The position numbers and the translations under genes were made by a program. The notes under the pieces are model-generated. The model saw only the letters and a list, made by a program, of their open reading frames with translations. It did no database searches and was not told the DNA's origin. This document shows, piece after piece, positions 40,819-53,400 of a stretch of DNA of 64,000 bases; position 1 is the first letter of the stretch, and every line of letters begins with the position of its first letter. This stretch comes from Harriotta raleighana (Eukaryota), in the NCBI GenBank assembly GCA_050575255.1, contig JBNZDD010013687.1, positions 1,338,751-1,402,750 on the forward strand, written 5' to 3'.

Positions 40819-41922
40819 CTGCAATAGATTTTAATGTCAGCAACTCCAAAGTTAGCTCATTATCAACCTTTCTGATCTGAAGCCCTGATTAATCTGAGCA
40901 GAAAAAAAATTAATCCTGTTAACTTTATACGTGAAGGAAAAAAGGTGTGAAATTTTCAGTTAGCTGTGTGTCGGTGTAATAATTGCATTTTTGTGTCAAA
41001 CTAAAGGAAGCTGGCTGCTCCTTAAAAAAAATGACTGGACTTCTCCAGTCCAACAACGTTGCAAGCATTTTGAGAGAAACAATGTCAAACCTGATCTGCT
41101 ATAAAAAGCATATAATGACAAATATACAAATTCCAGTTAAGGATAAGTGGGCAGCATGGCTTCTTACATTTTATTCCATTGAACTTGATATCAGTGAATT
41201 ACAATGTAAATATCAAAAGTGGAGTGAAAATACCAAGGTGTCACTCTTGTGCTCTCGATAATAATGTAATAATGTTTTCTTTGTGTAAATGTTCCTTTTT
41301 TTTCCCGCTTGCCCCCTCCCATTTTCCTATTATTTTTCAGCACTTGGAAGGAATGAAAAGAACAATACCTGATTGGCAGTATAATCTGCTTTGAATTTCA
41401 CTTATGAGAATGAGTCAGATAATTCACAGGAGCCGAGGTACTCATTAGTTATGCATTCTTGCTCACTCATGAATGGCAAATTATACTGTCAACCACATTT
41501 TCCTACAATTTTTTTTCTCTTTGCTTTCTCCCCTCCTTCCCCTACCCTCTCAAAAATTCTCACCTCAAAGCAGTCAGATGGAAGCACAGGTGAGCAAACA
41601 GTGAAATTCTTGCCTGGTTTGGAATTCCAAGCCGATGTTCTCAAGCCAATGGAAAAGATTGTTCTACAAGACATAATATAGCCCGAGGTAAGACATGAGA
41701 CATCCAACTGCAGTGACCAGCAAGAAATTGACAAAACTCATCACAAGTCCACTCAAATATTATATGTAACTACTATGTTTTATTCATTCACACCTTCTCT
41801 CCAACCACCCACACCACCCCCTCCAACTCCCCCACTCCACCACTCAACCACTCTTTCTTCCAATTCCCATCTGCTGCTTCCCTTTCCCTGAATGCCTCTT
41901 GCTTCCTCACAGAGGGGTGAAC

Positions 41923-41944
41923 AGGCAGGCAGGCAGGCAGGCAA
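41923..41944 (+). repeat. (GGCA)n microsatellite
   Basis: aggcaggcaggcaggcaggcaa visible. Confidence 0.85.
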
Positions 41945-42080
41945 GGCTGTCAACATCTTCCTCACCACTCTCACTAATACTATCTGATTAACCTGACTGT
42001 GAGTGCACTTCGCAGTTCCTGGATGGTCCCTTTGTCAGACCAGCCCACTGTCCAGCAGCCTTAGTGAGAGAATTGGCAAG

Positions 42081-42138
42081 ACAACAACAACAAAATTACA
42101 TTTATAGAGCGCGTTTCACGTCAGGAGGATGTCCCAAG
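42081..42138 (-). mobile_element. Young L2 3' tail-only insertion
   Basis: Exact reverse complement of 55906-55963. Confidence 0.85.
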
Positions 42139-44284
42139 ACCTACCTTGGTGGGGTGGGTAAGTTTGAAGGATGGTCAAGGATGCATACAAATAACATAAC
42201 ACAGCACAGTTCCACCATGCTAGGTTACCTCAACACTGTTTAAGCTTTGCATCAACGCGCTTTACTTTTCCACCACACTTTAACAAATCACAAAGGCTCA
42301 CTGATGACTGGCAACAGAATATTTTCACTGCCCGCAGGGTGCATCTTGAATATTTTTTTTTAACTATTTCTCCGAATAATAAATGGAAGTGGGTGGGGGA
42401 TAGAATTGATAGTGCACGAGAGAGTGCACGAGAGGAAGCGGAAAAATAAATATAAGATTCGCTCTTCAACTGGATTGCTTAAAACTCACAGAGACAATAA
42501 GTGAGATTCATTAGGCTATTTGTTACTGGCATCTGCCATGATCCAAAATGAAATACTAAATGTTTCATGGTTTCAAGAAAGGGCAGTATTTGTCTTGGTG
42601 CTAGAAATCTCTCAGTGGGAGATACTGTGACTTGTAACTGCTATGAGAGGGAGTGATGGATGTAGGGGGAGGGTGGTACCAGCTGAACTGTGATGGTTTA
42701 ATATCATCATCCTCCTGTCAGCTGTAATAGGCTTCTCCTCTCAGAAATAATTCATAAAGCTGCTACATTATATTCAGCCCATGACATTCACCATCCATCC
42801 AGGAACCCAGCAGGCTCAGAACTAATAAGAAAATATATGGTTCAGAAACTCTAAAAAATTAAACAGGTAGTTTATGAACAATTTGTTTCATAGGGATGTT
42901 TATTATATTTATTGAATATTGTACCTCTGATGTGTTTTTCCCTGCTGCATATGAAAGAGCAGAAATGCTGACTTTCAGTATGCCTCACTTTTTTATACTT
43001 CCAAAATCATATTTTACAGCTTATAATGGATACAATAAATGTCCGTGTTATAATCTTGACTTTTATACATCTAGTTTGGTCCAATACCCATTGCCAAGTA
43101 GGCAGAGATAAAGGGCTTTAGAGGAAGTTGGAAGTCTCAGTATTTGTTTTTCCTATTTTATGTGGTGTGAAAAAGCTACCCCCTAGGGAAAAGGCAAATA
43201 AACTTGTTCTTGTGTCAAGCAAGACTAGAGGTTGTTTTATTACTCAAAATGTGAACAAAAATACTAAACCCAGAGGTCAGTACTTTAAGCCTGGGAAATC
43301 CCTACTGCTCACACAAAAATAAACCTGATAAGTGCAGACTATTTGCATACAGTAAAAAAAACATGAATGCAAAATCCCATATCCAATTGGCTTCTGAGAC
43401 CTGAAGTGATGGAAAACTATATTTTTTTGTAAAAAGAAAGACTTAACTGACACAAGTAAAACATTACCTGTCATGTTTCTACAGACATTTTCCCATTCGC
43501 TGTGCAATCTCATGATACGTCGCAAGTAGTGTTAGTGTCACATTATGTATGGAAAGTCTCATTTAATGTGGTTACGTTTACATTTATGTCAATTTTATCT
43601 GAGGTCATTTTATTCCATCTACGTCTTTTTATACCTTCGTCAGTGCCCCATCCCTTAACAAGCTCCACGCTCTGGCAGCTGGAAGCAAAGCTTTTGATGG
43701 GTCAAAACTGTAAATTACATTTGGAATAATAAGTATGTGGAGTGAGTTGCAGGCTGTAAACTAATAGAGGAGTAGGTGATGCCTTAAAATGAAGAGCAAA
43801 GCTTGAGCGGTTTATAAATGCTAACTGAACCCCAACAGAAGCTTACAGCCATCTAACTCATTCACAGATGCATTTTCTACACAATGTTTTGTGTTGAATT
43901 ACAAAAGGTAAAAAAGAGCATATGCTCCTAGTCAGACAACTGATTTCCAGTCTGTTCAGAGTTAGTTGATGGCAGTCATAGCAGCAGTTCTGGGCCACTA
44001 CAATTGTGAATTGATTGAGAGAGAATATCATCAGTCTGTTTTGCACACCACATACATGGCGTGTAGACTGTAAGGAAAATTCCTTCCGGCCTGCACATTG
44101 CTGAAGTGAATGTTAGCTTTATGCAGCCAAGTCTCCATAACTTCAGGTTTCAAATATACCCAATCCTGCCAGGAGCACTGACTATACGTAAACAATGGGC
44201 TTAGTGCTTGACATGCCAATAAACTCAGCTCACTTGTGCCTGCAAACATACTGGTCCATGTAAACATAAATGTTTGCACCAAGC

Positions 44285-44640
44285 TGAGGGTTGGATTCTA
44301 GAGGGATGGGGGCCAAGAGGGGGTGGGTTTCAGAAGATGGCATGGTAAACAGAAAGGTCTTTACGTGGATCTTGACGGAGCTAGGATGGGGTTTGAGAGA
44401 GTAGACTCAGAAAGGCTGAAGGCCAAACTGCCGATGGTGGGGTAGGCAGGACAGGGAGGGTGAGCATACCAGTGCCTGCCGAGTGCAGAGAGCAGGCAGG
44501 TTGGTAGTAGTATAGAAAGTCACAGATATAGGGTGGAGCGAGACTAGAGGGATTTAAAAATGAGAATGAGGATATGGAACTTTATCCTCTGGGAAATGGA
44601 GAAGCAATGGGGCTGGGATGATAGGCTTGCAGAGCTTTGT
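44285..44640 (-). mobile_element. Decayed L2 ORF2 C-terminal fragment
   Basis: ggcatggtaaacagaaaggtcttt...gaaaggctgaaggccaaactgccgatggtgggg parallels 4815-4950 (TIGSLAFS motif on minus). Confidence 0.7.
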
Positions 44641-45044
44641 GCAGGATACCCTATGGAGAAATAAGATTTGGTACAGGTTTACATAATGTACTTTCTCATT
44701 TAAAAACCGTGATGCAGAGATGCTTTTAAAGAAATAACAATTAGAAAATGGTTGGGATATAATATTGAATTATGATATTATCTTTAAAACAATACTTTTA
44801 TTATACTCTTCAGTGTCAAGATAGTTCACACAACACAACACCTATATGCAGTTCTCCAGCAGATTAATTCTACAAAGAGTTTTGAAGCATATTTATAATA
44901 AGAGAAGACAAGGCTACACTATCTAAAGGGCACAGACATAAATTCACATCTTCATTGCAAAACATAAACTTCCATAGACATCTGACAAAATAGAAAGTCA
45001 TTGGTGACTTCAAACTGAACAAAACCTCTAATGGTATTCTGTAA

Positions 45045-45445
45045 ACAAGGACTTGCGTTTTTGTATCACCTTATCATGTTAAAATGTCTCAAAGCAATTC
45101 ACAGATTCAATTATTTCTATCAAGTGTAGTGACTGTAACTCATGGTAACTATTTGTGACAGCAAGTTCCCACAAGCAGTCAATTTATTGGCCAAGACATG
45201 AGTCTTTCCATAAAGCCCATTTTCTTTTTAAATAATATCAAGGGATCCAACACTCAGCTGAGAAGCCAGATGGGATCTTGATTGGATGAAGCATCCAATA
45301 GACAACACCATCCACAATATAGTACTCCCTCCAGTACTAGACCAGTGTGTCAGCCTGGACTATGAGCTCAAGTCCCAATGTAGGGCTTAAACTCATAATC
45401 TTTGATGCAGAGGGAAAGAATGCTACCAATTGAGGCAAACTGCAC
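45045..45445 (-). mobile_element. Deu-domain SINE (SacSINE1/AmnSINE1-like)
   Basis: Reverse complement has a tRNA-like head (ctcaattggtagcatt...), then caggctgacac...gtactggagggagtact and an L2 tail; homologous to 58215-58760. Confidence 0.7.
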
Positions 45446-45595
45446 CAAGTCCAGCTCTCTATAACTACAGGATAATGCTAATAAAATAGAGTAATAGATA
45501 ACTTGGTAGGTACAATAGCACAGATCAGGTTATACACGATCTGTAAATTTCTCAATATCTACTGTGTTACAAGTTGAATTTCAAAATGCTGAGTA

Positions 45596-45735
45596 GGGTT
45601 CTGACAAAAGGGTCATGGACCCGAAACGTTGACTCACTTTTTCTTTCTCCACAGATGCTGCCTGATCCGCTGAGTGTTCCCAGCGATTTCTGTTTTTGTT
45701 TCAAATTTCCAGCATCTGCAGTATTTTGCATTTTT
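45596..45735 (+). mobile_element. Penelope-like retroelement terminal fragment with a degenerate minimal hammerhead ribozyme
   Basis: gggtt CTGACAA aa gggtc atg gaccc GAAA cgtt gactc, followed by ctccacagatgctgcctga...ccagcatctgcagta, a repeat I recall as common in chondrichthyans. Confidence 0.75.
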
Positions 45736-46319
45736 TTGTGCTGAATAGGCGAGTTTTCTCCCATATATCCAATCTGTGCTTCCCTTAGTATATTCTGTGG
45801 CCCAATATATTTTTGCTCATGTTCAATAACATAATTTCACAACAGGCACCGGTTTGGGTTCTGTCAGTTCCCATTCAAGCCATTACACAAAGCTCCACAT
45901 GGGAGGAAAGCAATTCAACCTGGATGAGTCACCCTGTTTAATATGAGCCTTGTATTGGCTGATCACTCAGTGCTACTAATGATGGCTGTGAAGAAATTCA
46001 CACTCCACAAAAGCCCTATCCTTCCAGCTGGAGTCTGTGGATACATATCGCTGAAAGGAGGCAAATAAATTCACTTTGTTTCCAGATATAAAAATACAAT
46101 AAAACAAATTACTTATCTGATAAGCGGTTATTATTGTGTACAGACTTTTAATATAAATGTGTGCGTTGATGCTTGAAACTGTTTATATAAAATTCTCCAT
46201 TGAATGAATTCAAACACTGGTTTCCGGTTTCCCTACGCTTTGAAAATGTAAACCCGAGTTACTCTCAGAGCAGAATGGACTCGTCTGTCACTAGCCTTAC
46301 CCAGTTAATATTCGCTCAC

Positions 46320-46423
46320 CTCACAGACTGCAGGATGCACAATTCCACGGCAGCTGGCAGACACAAGCAGGAAAGAAACTGTTCTCTGGTGGCACCAGGC
46401 AACATTTGAGGTCAGTCCATCAG
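46320..46423 (-). CDS. Candidate 104-nt internal exon
   Basis: Strong acceptor ttcttcttttttgtcactttgtag|, donor GAG|gtgagc, second donor TGG|gtaagg 19 nt further; only the phase-1 frame is open: DGLTSNVAWCHQRTVSFLLVSASCRGIVHPAVCE. Confidence 0.35.
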
Positions 46424-49400
46424 CTACAAAGTGACAAAAAAGAAGAATGGTTTTGTTTTGTCAATATCCTGTGTGTTTTTCCACCTCCATCTTCTATAGA
46501 GAGCTCACATGACTGTTCGACAGAACGTCAAAAATGAAGGCAAGTGGTAAACAGATAACTGGAACAATTATGAAACTGATGACAGCACTCAAAGATTGAG
46601 GAAGGGCAATGCCAGGTGATGGCGAACCATCAGATGCTGGAAACAGATGACCTTACAAGCTGAATACTAAATTTTCTGCTTAAACAAAGATTAAATACTT
46701 GCGCTGGTAAACAGTGTTTTCTGTTAACAAAGAAAAATGCAGGTGTTTTGTGTTAAAGTGATGAAAGCAGGTTCTAATAGAGGATGGAGTTCCATCTGAG
46801 CAAAAATACTGCATAAGTGTACCAAGAATAGGCTCTTGATTGAAGGATAAGCTAAGCCCTTTAATGGGCCAGCATCCTCTCAATACCACACTTGCGTGTT
46901 ATCTCTGTTCAATTATATCTTCAAACCTTGAATAAAACGGGCCATATTTTGCATTTAAAATGCTGCTGGTTTTTATGTCAGACTGAAGGCAATGCAGAGC
47001 AAGACTGATCATGTCTCTACAGCGTCTTAACTGCTAAGTCAGAAAGGACAGCAAGGTGGAACCAAACTCCGAATACTTTCAGTTTATTGTGCGAATGGGA
47101 GAGAGCTGAGGTTTGAATCTTATTTTAGAGTGGATAAAACTCAGACTCCTTTCGGTGCATGGACTAGATAACTGCTGAATAGAGACACAATAAAGATTTA
47201 ATTAGTAACCAATTACAAACAGGACTCCGTTATTAATACATTTAAGTTATCTGGCTGTCATAATTTTCAGACACTGGGGAAATCATGGAACATGAACTTC
47301 CCAATGCATGGAGAACTGCAGTTGTAACAACAGATAGCATTGTTCACAAGAGATGTAAGAGAAAGGGGTTATTTTAAGAAAATGATTCCAAATGGTGTTT
47401 TATTTTCAATGGCCTATTATTTAATTTTTATATGGTTGGTGCAAACCAGCCCTGGACATAATAGATGTGAGAATTTCATTTACTTGGTGCTCATTTTTGA
47501 AAGTTCATAGTTTGGCTGTCTACAAAGTCATATCCCGATCCCGAGCCATGATCCACGGGATTAGTTCATAATTTTCCAGAACATGTAGCCCTGTTCTGCA
47601 CCACATAAGAAAATAGATGCATTTTCACCTGTACATTATCAGTACATGCAGATGCCCCAATCTTTTTCTGAGTCTGACCAACGCACCATCACCAATAGGT
47701 GTAATGCAGAAGTACTCTACCACTCTAGAAAATGAGGTAGCTAATATTTGTGTGACTGTCACAACAGTGCAAATAAGTATGCAAACTCGGATTCACTTTG
47801 GAGCTTTGAGTGTTATCAGCTTTCACTCCCAACATACAACTGTACATACACCCCACCCATCGTAAAAAAAAGTATAACATCTACATATTAAAATATAGTT
47901 ACATTGTTTAGTCAGAGACACAATCTTACTACAGATACGGCACTTTTATATTCGGTCACACATCGACATTTGTATAAGATATGCTTATTCGCATACATTT
48001 TACACCCAAACACAGTGTGAAACGTCACAAGGCTTCAGCTCAATGAATATGGCTAGATAAATAGTTCTGGATGATATTACACTACAAAACCAAACAGCTA
48101 GATCTGGAGCAGTCTGGAAGTGGAATGCTGGGTTCTGTCTCAGTTCACTTGTGGTTGAATCTGCTTCAAATGGAATTGGAAACCCTGCTGCCCTTAATGC
48201 GATAGTTTGACCAATGCTTACCCATGCTACTAAGTAAAGCATTTCACTTCACTTCATTGGCAAAGTGTGCCAGCAGGGAAGAGTAGACGGGGGGGCTGCG
48301 AAGGAGATTGACAAGGGGGTCCAACCGGCAGTGTGATGCACATCCCTTGTTAGATCATGGGATCTAACTGTGAAGGAATCTGTAGCCCCCTGGCTTTTAA
48401 GTGAAATGTGTGATGGTGGAGAAACTAAAGAGTGGGCATATAATGGGGGAGCACTGCACTACAATAAATCAAAACTTAAAGAGGAGAAAAAAATCGTAAT
48501 TGTAACTGTTAAGAGCTGAAAAAAATCATACCACCCTAATAACCAGTGGAGGAAATGTAGATGTATAATTAATCGCTATATTAAGAGCCTTTAATTAGAG
48601 CTATGTTGACGACTTCCCAATGAACTGAACTATCAGTGCGTGACTGCAAGTTACAAATGACAGGTGAAAAGAGGCAGAGAGTTAATCTTCTAGAAGAGCT
48701 GTCACATCTTTTTCAGATCTCGAAATTAGGATTGCACACAGAAAGGAGGGAACAACCATTAAATGACAGCAATGCGAGTGTACTTGGTAAATATCTGGAG
48801 GGTGTAAAGAATGCTACTCAACAGGGGAATATAACTGTGATTTGAATACAAGGTCTGATTTCAGTGACAGCAGGGGAAACTTGTCATCAAATGCTGTATG
48901 TGGTTATGTAATACCAAATAAAGCTTTCTGCAGACATCTGTTTCTATCACATTGGTATTCAGATTATTAATAATTTAGTTTGCTCACCCTTTCAAGCCAC
49001 ATCGTCCAAAACTGTCCTTATGTGTACAGACCAAAGTGACAAAATGTACCTTGGAAAATCGTAGCACTTAATAATATATAGAACCATTACTGATCTATGA
49101 TGTTTGTGTGCCGAGTTAGCTTTTTTGTCAAGGAGCTCTCCAGACTGAGTCAAAAAAGTGTTTATTACAGGGGATTGATAGACTTTCTAAAGAGCTGCCA
49201 GACAGCCCTGCCAAAATGGCCAGTTGTGGGAAATCCAAGGGCTGAACACAATTAATCTGTTCTGCCAAAAAGTCCTTCCCCCCAAGGTGCTGCTGACCCT
49301 AAACATGACCAGCCTCCCTGTCATCACATTCTCCACAGGTATGATGACTTGTGCGGAAAGATGTTGCACATATGTGCATTGGCCGCAACATAGCAAGAAA

Positions 49401-50182
49401 AACATCTACCTTAACTCTTGTGGGCTGGCTGAAATGTCTCCTCAGATTGCAAGGTTTTGCAGTCGGGTCTTTTCTTGCTGGGTATAATTAATTCATCATC
49501 AGATGCTTTTTATTTATGTACATCTATATATCTCACAGCTTTGTTTTTAAAAGTCTCTCCATGCCGTTGACAGGCACACTCTATAAAATAACAGCACGTG
49601 CATGATAAACATTATTTTTGGCTTGTATAATGTAATCATGATTTCCCTCCTCCTCTCAAAGGATATTTAGCTGGAAAAAGATCCTGTGAACATGAAGAGG
49701 TTATTTATCAGATAGCTCATGTAGCAGAAAGAGTTTTTTTTTTGGAGATGGTTAAGCCATGGCTTGGTAAAGAGGTTTCTTACTTCCAAAGTTACTGATG
49801 AAATTTCTATGTACAGGTATTCTGTTACAAACTCTCAAGGGCATAGTTAATTGTAAAAATAACAAACAAGCCCAAGGAGAAACAAAAGAAAAACCTGATA
49901 CCTGGGAAACAATAGGAGACTTATACTTTTTTTTTGTTCTTAAAAATTGTGGTTTGAGATAACATCTAATGGTTGACAATAAAATGCATTCATGCAAAAT
50001 GCATGCATTAAACCTTCTTCTAGATGTAGTCATGAAGGTTCACACTTGACAGGTTGCTTCAAAGCCAACAACCATATTCTTTTACCAGCAGCTGACACAA
50101 AGCAATTAGTGTAAAAAAAACGTCCTATCTTTGTCTTCTTTGTGCTGTTAGTACAGGTGTGATACTGATACAGTTTTAATGA

Positions 50183-50425
50183 CAATAATAGTAATAATCC
50201 TTACATTTGATATGGAGTCTATGAATATTGGAATGTCTCAAAGCGCTTTGCAGTAATTACAGTTCTGACAAATACAATGACTGTTTTTGTAGTCAAACAG
50301 GACCTTGGTGTATTGTCTCATTCAAAGGACAGCACCTCTGACAATGCAGTTGAGTGTCACCCTAGACTATGAGCTCAAGTTCCAATGCTGAATTGCTTGC
50401 ACCCACAACTTTCTAACCCAAACCT
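50183..50425 (-). mobile_element. Internally deleted Deu-type SINE
   Basis: Tail aataatccttacatttgata...ctcaaagcgcttt and core tctcattcaaaggacagcacctctgacaatgcag...gactatgagctcaagt match 45045-45445. Confidence 0.65.
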
Positions 50426-53400
50426 TGGCTGTGTTGATAACTGAACAGATTTATTACAGAGCTGCGGCAATGGAAACTGGGGTTCTGATATTTGCTTATC
50501 CTCCAGATATCCGGCTGACTAAAAAAAACTTAATCTCAGATATTATACTTTAAAAGTTAGTATTTTTCAAAAGCACTGTTTGGAAATATATTTAAAAGTG
50601 ATTTTAAGTATTTCATTGTTGTTCAATCATATGCAACAAGGAGAAGCTTATATAAATCCTATGGGCTTGTAGAGGCAACAAAAATTACTACACAACAAAA
50701 ATTCCAAATCACCACAGTCAATTAATGGTTTCATTATATCTACAAAGTATTATAATAATTTCACCCCAGCTGTGCCTTTTATTACACTGGGTAGATCTTT
50801 CCTATATCCTGCATATCCAGGATATGCAGCAGCATATTCTCATACAGCAGAAAAACAGTGGACCTTCTGAAAGCCAATAAACTGCACATAACAGAAGATA
50901 GATAACGGAACAAGTAAATCCATAGCTAATGACCCCACCCTGGTGTATTAAGTCTGACCAAAGATAATAGTGTTCTTTGTAAATTAACACACTCAGTGGT
51001 AAACTTGCTTCCATTTCAGTGGGAGATTTGGTGCAAATTAGCATTTGTTCTTAATAAGCTCCATGCTCGGTATTCTGGAGTTCCACAGTGTTCATAATGC
51101 ACTTTCCTTGCAGGTGAAAATTTATTCTCCTGAGGATACTTCCACAATACATCCTCCAACAGAGAATCATCCTCATCTTAATCAGTCCCCTGCTCCCAAA
51201 CTTTTGCCGTTTCTTCAACTAACATGCTGAGCACACTGCTGTGAATTGTTGGAAATGATTATTCATTTGTACGCTTCCTTTACAACATATCCATTAGATG
51301 TTGAGATATCCAACAGAGAAAACCAGAGCTTTGATTTTATAATTACAATTGTTGGACAAATCTCCAGGTCATTCTTCCCCCCATGCCTTTCACAGTCAAA
51401 GTCTGCCCCGGTTCACATCCATTCTCCAGCAGCCTCTCTCACAACCAAAACATGGACTATAAATTCATGTTAAATTAAGATTATGCAAACCAGTGTCTGA
51501 AGAATGCTTCTAATAGCAGAATAATTTTATGACTTATGAGCATCTTGACAATTTGAATTTTATATGCATGCATTATGTTTTTAAAATGCAAAAATTATGC
51601 ATCTAAAATAATCTATTAGGTGCAGTGGGCTATATTGTTGTTGCCTTAATTACTTTCACAGACAGTTATAGCTGCTTTACATCATATTTACAACAAAGGA
51701 GCTCTAATTACCTTCAGAAAATGCCACAAAATATTGAGCTTTGCTGCTGATATATATTCCTGATCATGCTAATCTGCAATGACAAATAAAAACATGTTAC
51801 AGTTTCCACAAATTTGTGGCTGTAATGAGGTATCCACCCATCTTTAACCATTTGCACAAGGCACAGATAGCACAATAAATATTCCTGTATTTCACCTGAA
51901 CATATGTGATGGATAAATCACATTTCCTAGCATCATAATGAACGTGACACTACTCAGCAAAGCTAGCAGAAATCTTCCTTTAAAAATAAAGTCAATTAGA
52001 AGAAACTATTGTACATAATTTTATAACATAATAATAAACAACAACGAGCAACTTTAAAGGTAATTCCACAAACCCCAGGGGTTAGGTTACTTTTAAAGTG
52101 CTTGAACTTTGCTCTGAGGTTTACAATGTTATTTGCACCCTTCAATAGTGCTGAGATCTTACTGCAGCTTACTCCCATTGTCTCACACACACAGCGTTAA
52201 TGTGCCTGTAATAATACACAAAGCAAAGGATTTTTTTTAAAAGAACTCAATCATTTATATAATATTGAAATTCTAATATACTTGTTTATTTAAATTGTTT
52301 GATCAGTTTGTATGGCAGTCAACATATCTGTTGGGGAATGTAATAAATTATAAATGCAGTTTAATTATAAACAATAATGTGCTGTGTGTATGTGTGTTCT
52401 ACAACTGTACTGTTTGTTAGGATTTCCTTATTTTAAGTGGGGGGGAGGGGGGAAGTACAGAGTTATGGATCTTCTGATCCTCCTTTAAGAATGGGTCAGT
52501 TTCAATTTTGTAAAAGTATCTGAGGAGGATCAAACGATTCCTGCACATTAGCAAAAAAAATTCTGAAAACCACTACCCACAAACATAAATTGAATTATTT
52601 TGATTCCACGTCAACTGTGAAATGTAACATTATTAAAAAGTAGCGAGACAATTCTAATTTCATCAACCGACCTTCTCCAGAATAAACCACAGGCTCCCAG
52701 CTGATGTTACAATGTGAATTAGCAATACAAATTTAGAAAGGATTTGGCAGTGGTGCAATGAATGCTGAAATGGCATTCACTGCATTGAGATCTCACTCAC
52801 ATCTTATTATTAAAACTTTAGGTATTTATGTATCCTGACCCTGCTCTGTGCTCCATTAGGGACTCCCATTTATTCAACATTGTTTTTCTTTCAGTCACCC
52901 TTCTTTTTTTCCTGCTGTGCTTAAGAAGCCATGGGGGATGTGGCTCCCTTCCAGTTGGCAAATCCTGTGTTATGATTTGACATACAAATTTGGCCTTGTA
53001 ACAGCAACACTCACACTGCAAAACGCTTGAAAAACAAGAATCAAGCAGGTCAGCCATCTTAGTCTATTACCTATAAAGCTGTATAGCTGTTACCAGCGGG
53101 GTGCTGATTTTAATGGCAATGTTCCTCGTGCTGAAGTCAATTTATCACATGGAAAATTAGATACACTCTTCAACGCCACTGCTTGTGTTGCACTACACTG
53201 TTAGAGGTAAACACTCACATGCAATGAGGTATTAGTTAATGCCATGACACCCTGCCTATTGTCCCCTGCATCACAGGTTTGTGCACACAAATAGGCGAGG
53301 TAAAAATGGGACTGCTAAATCTTTATATTTAAAGTCCACAAACTGATGGGATGCTGAAGAACATCGAAGGAAGTGAATGCTATTCACCAACTGTAATTAA

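Noticed and set aside
41564-41707. 144-nt minus exon (LDVSCLTSG...SDCFE|gtgaga), with WLENIGL resembling a SAM motif in another frame
   Set aside because: No recognisable domain in the open frame, and the SAM-like frame stops early; cannot be separated from noise.
4048-42434. Short tandem duplications (12-mer at 4048, 14-mer at about 7106, 21-mer at 40144, 12-mer at 42411) as CRISPR-like or functional arrays
   Set aside because: Two units each with no spacers; ordinary slippage duplications.
48349-48368. Hairpin GTTAGATC-ATGG-GATCTAAC, and similar 8-9 bp inverted pairs near 726, 2730, 44241 and 52759
   Set aside because: Stems this short are expected by chance in 64 kb of AT-rich DNA; no context supports function.
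51116-51230. Plus-strand terminal exon VKIYSPEDTST...
   Set aside because: Good acceptor but isolated, with no homology or partner exons.
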